NCBI RefSeq assembly: GCF_036321535.1
Contig: NC_087436.1
Location: 93,932,001 to 93,996,000, forward strand
Length of the DNA: 64,000 nucleotides
Reading direction: 5' to 3'
Source of the DNA: Camelus dromedarius
Lineage: Eukaryota
Shown: positions 63,663-64,000 of the stretch, one piece after another
How the letters are laid out: every line of letters starts with the position of its first letter
Position numbering within the stretch: the first letter of the stretch is position 1
Translations under genes and position numbers: made by a program
The notes under the pieces: generated by a model
Databases searched by the model: none
What the model was told of the DNA's origin: nothing
Seen by the model: only the letters and a program-made list of their open reading frames with translations

Positions 63663-63817
63663 GGGGGAGGGTATAGCTTAAATGGTAGAGTGCATGCTTA
63701 GCATGCACGAAGTCATGGATTCAATCTCCAGAACCTCCTCTAAAAAATAAATAAATAAACCTAATCACTACCCCCCAGATAAATAAAATTTTAAAAATTA
63801 GAAAAAGGAAAGAAAAG
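63663..63817 (+). mobile_element. tRNA-Ala-derived SINE with 17-bp TSD (1 mismatch)
   Basis: aaaagtctgtggtcctg (63646-63662) / aaaattctgtggtcctg (63818-63834). Confidence 0.92.
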
Positions 63818-63899
63818 AAAATTCTGTGGTCCTGAAGAATTACTTAACAGCTTGTTGGTTCTTGTTGGTCAACCCCTGTCCATCACTCTGGGATTCAAG

Positions 63900-63990
63900 T
63901 AAAGGAGATGGGCTTTTGTTGCAATTAAGAGAGACTTGAGGCAGACCTAAGGAAGGATTTGTTGATTGTGATGGAGTGTTGGAACATATT
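63900..63990 (+). mobile_element. L3/CR1 LINE fragment
   Basis: 'atgggcttttgttgcaa..agagacttgaggcagacctaaggaagga' resembles the CR1/L3 3' region. Confidence 0.5.
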
Positions 63991-64000
63991 TCATCAGGGT

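Overview
Mammalian genomic DNA, most likely camelid (alpaca/llama/camel). The basis is 12 copies of a tRNA-Ala(AGC)-headed SINE resembling the camelid Vic-1 type. The window holds about 10.5 kb of repeat-rich upstream sequence, a small CpG-island promoter region (about 10.7-12.3 kb), and what looks like a long first-intron/5'-UTR region of an unidentified + strand gene. There are several short candidate exons but no recognisable protein-coding exon. The rest is a typical eutherian repeat landscape: MIR, L2, old L1M fragments, young lineage-specific L1 3' ends, MaLR/ERVL LTRs, hAT and Tigger DNA-transposon fossils, and microsatellites. I found no evidence of a novel multi-gene system, CRISPR array or functional RNA gene. 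The best leads are modest: uORFs and alternative 5' exons, a divergent antisense ORF, SINE-L1 composites, young insertions with intact target-site duplications (TSDs), and candidate enhancers. Repeat family names were recognised by eye from remembered consensus sequences. Boundaries of old repeats are approximate and need RepeatMasker/Dfam confirmation.
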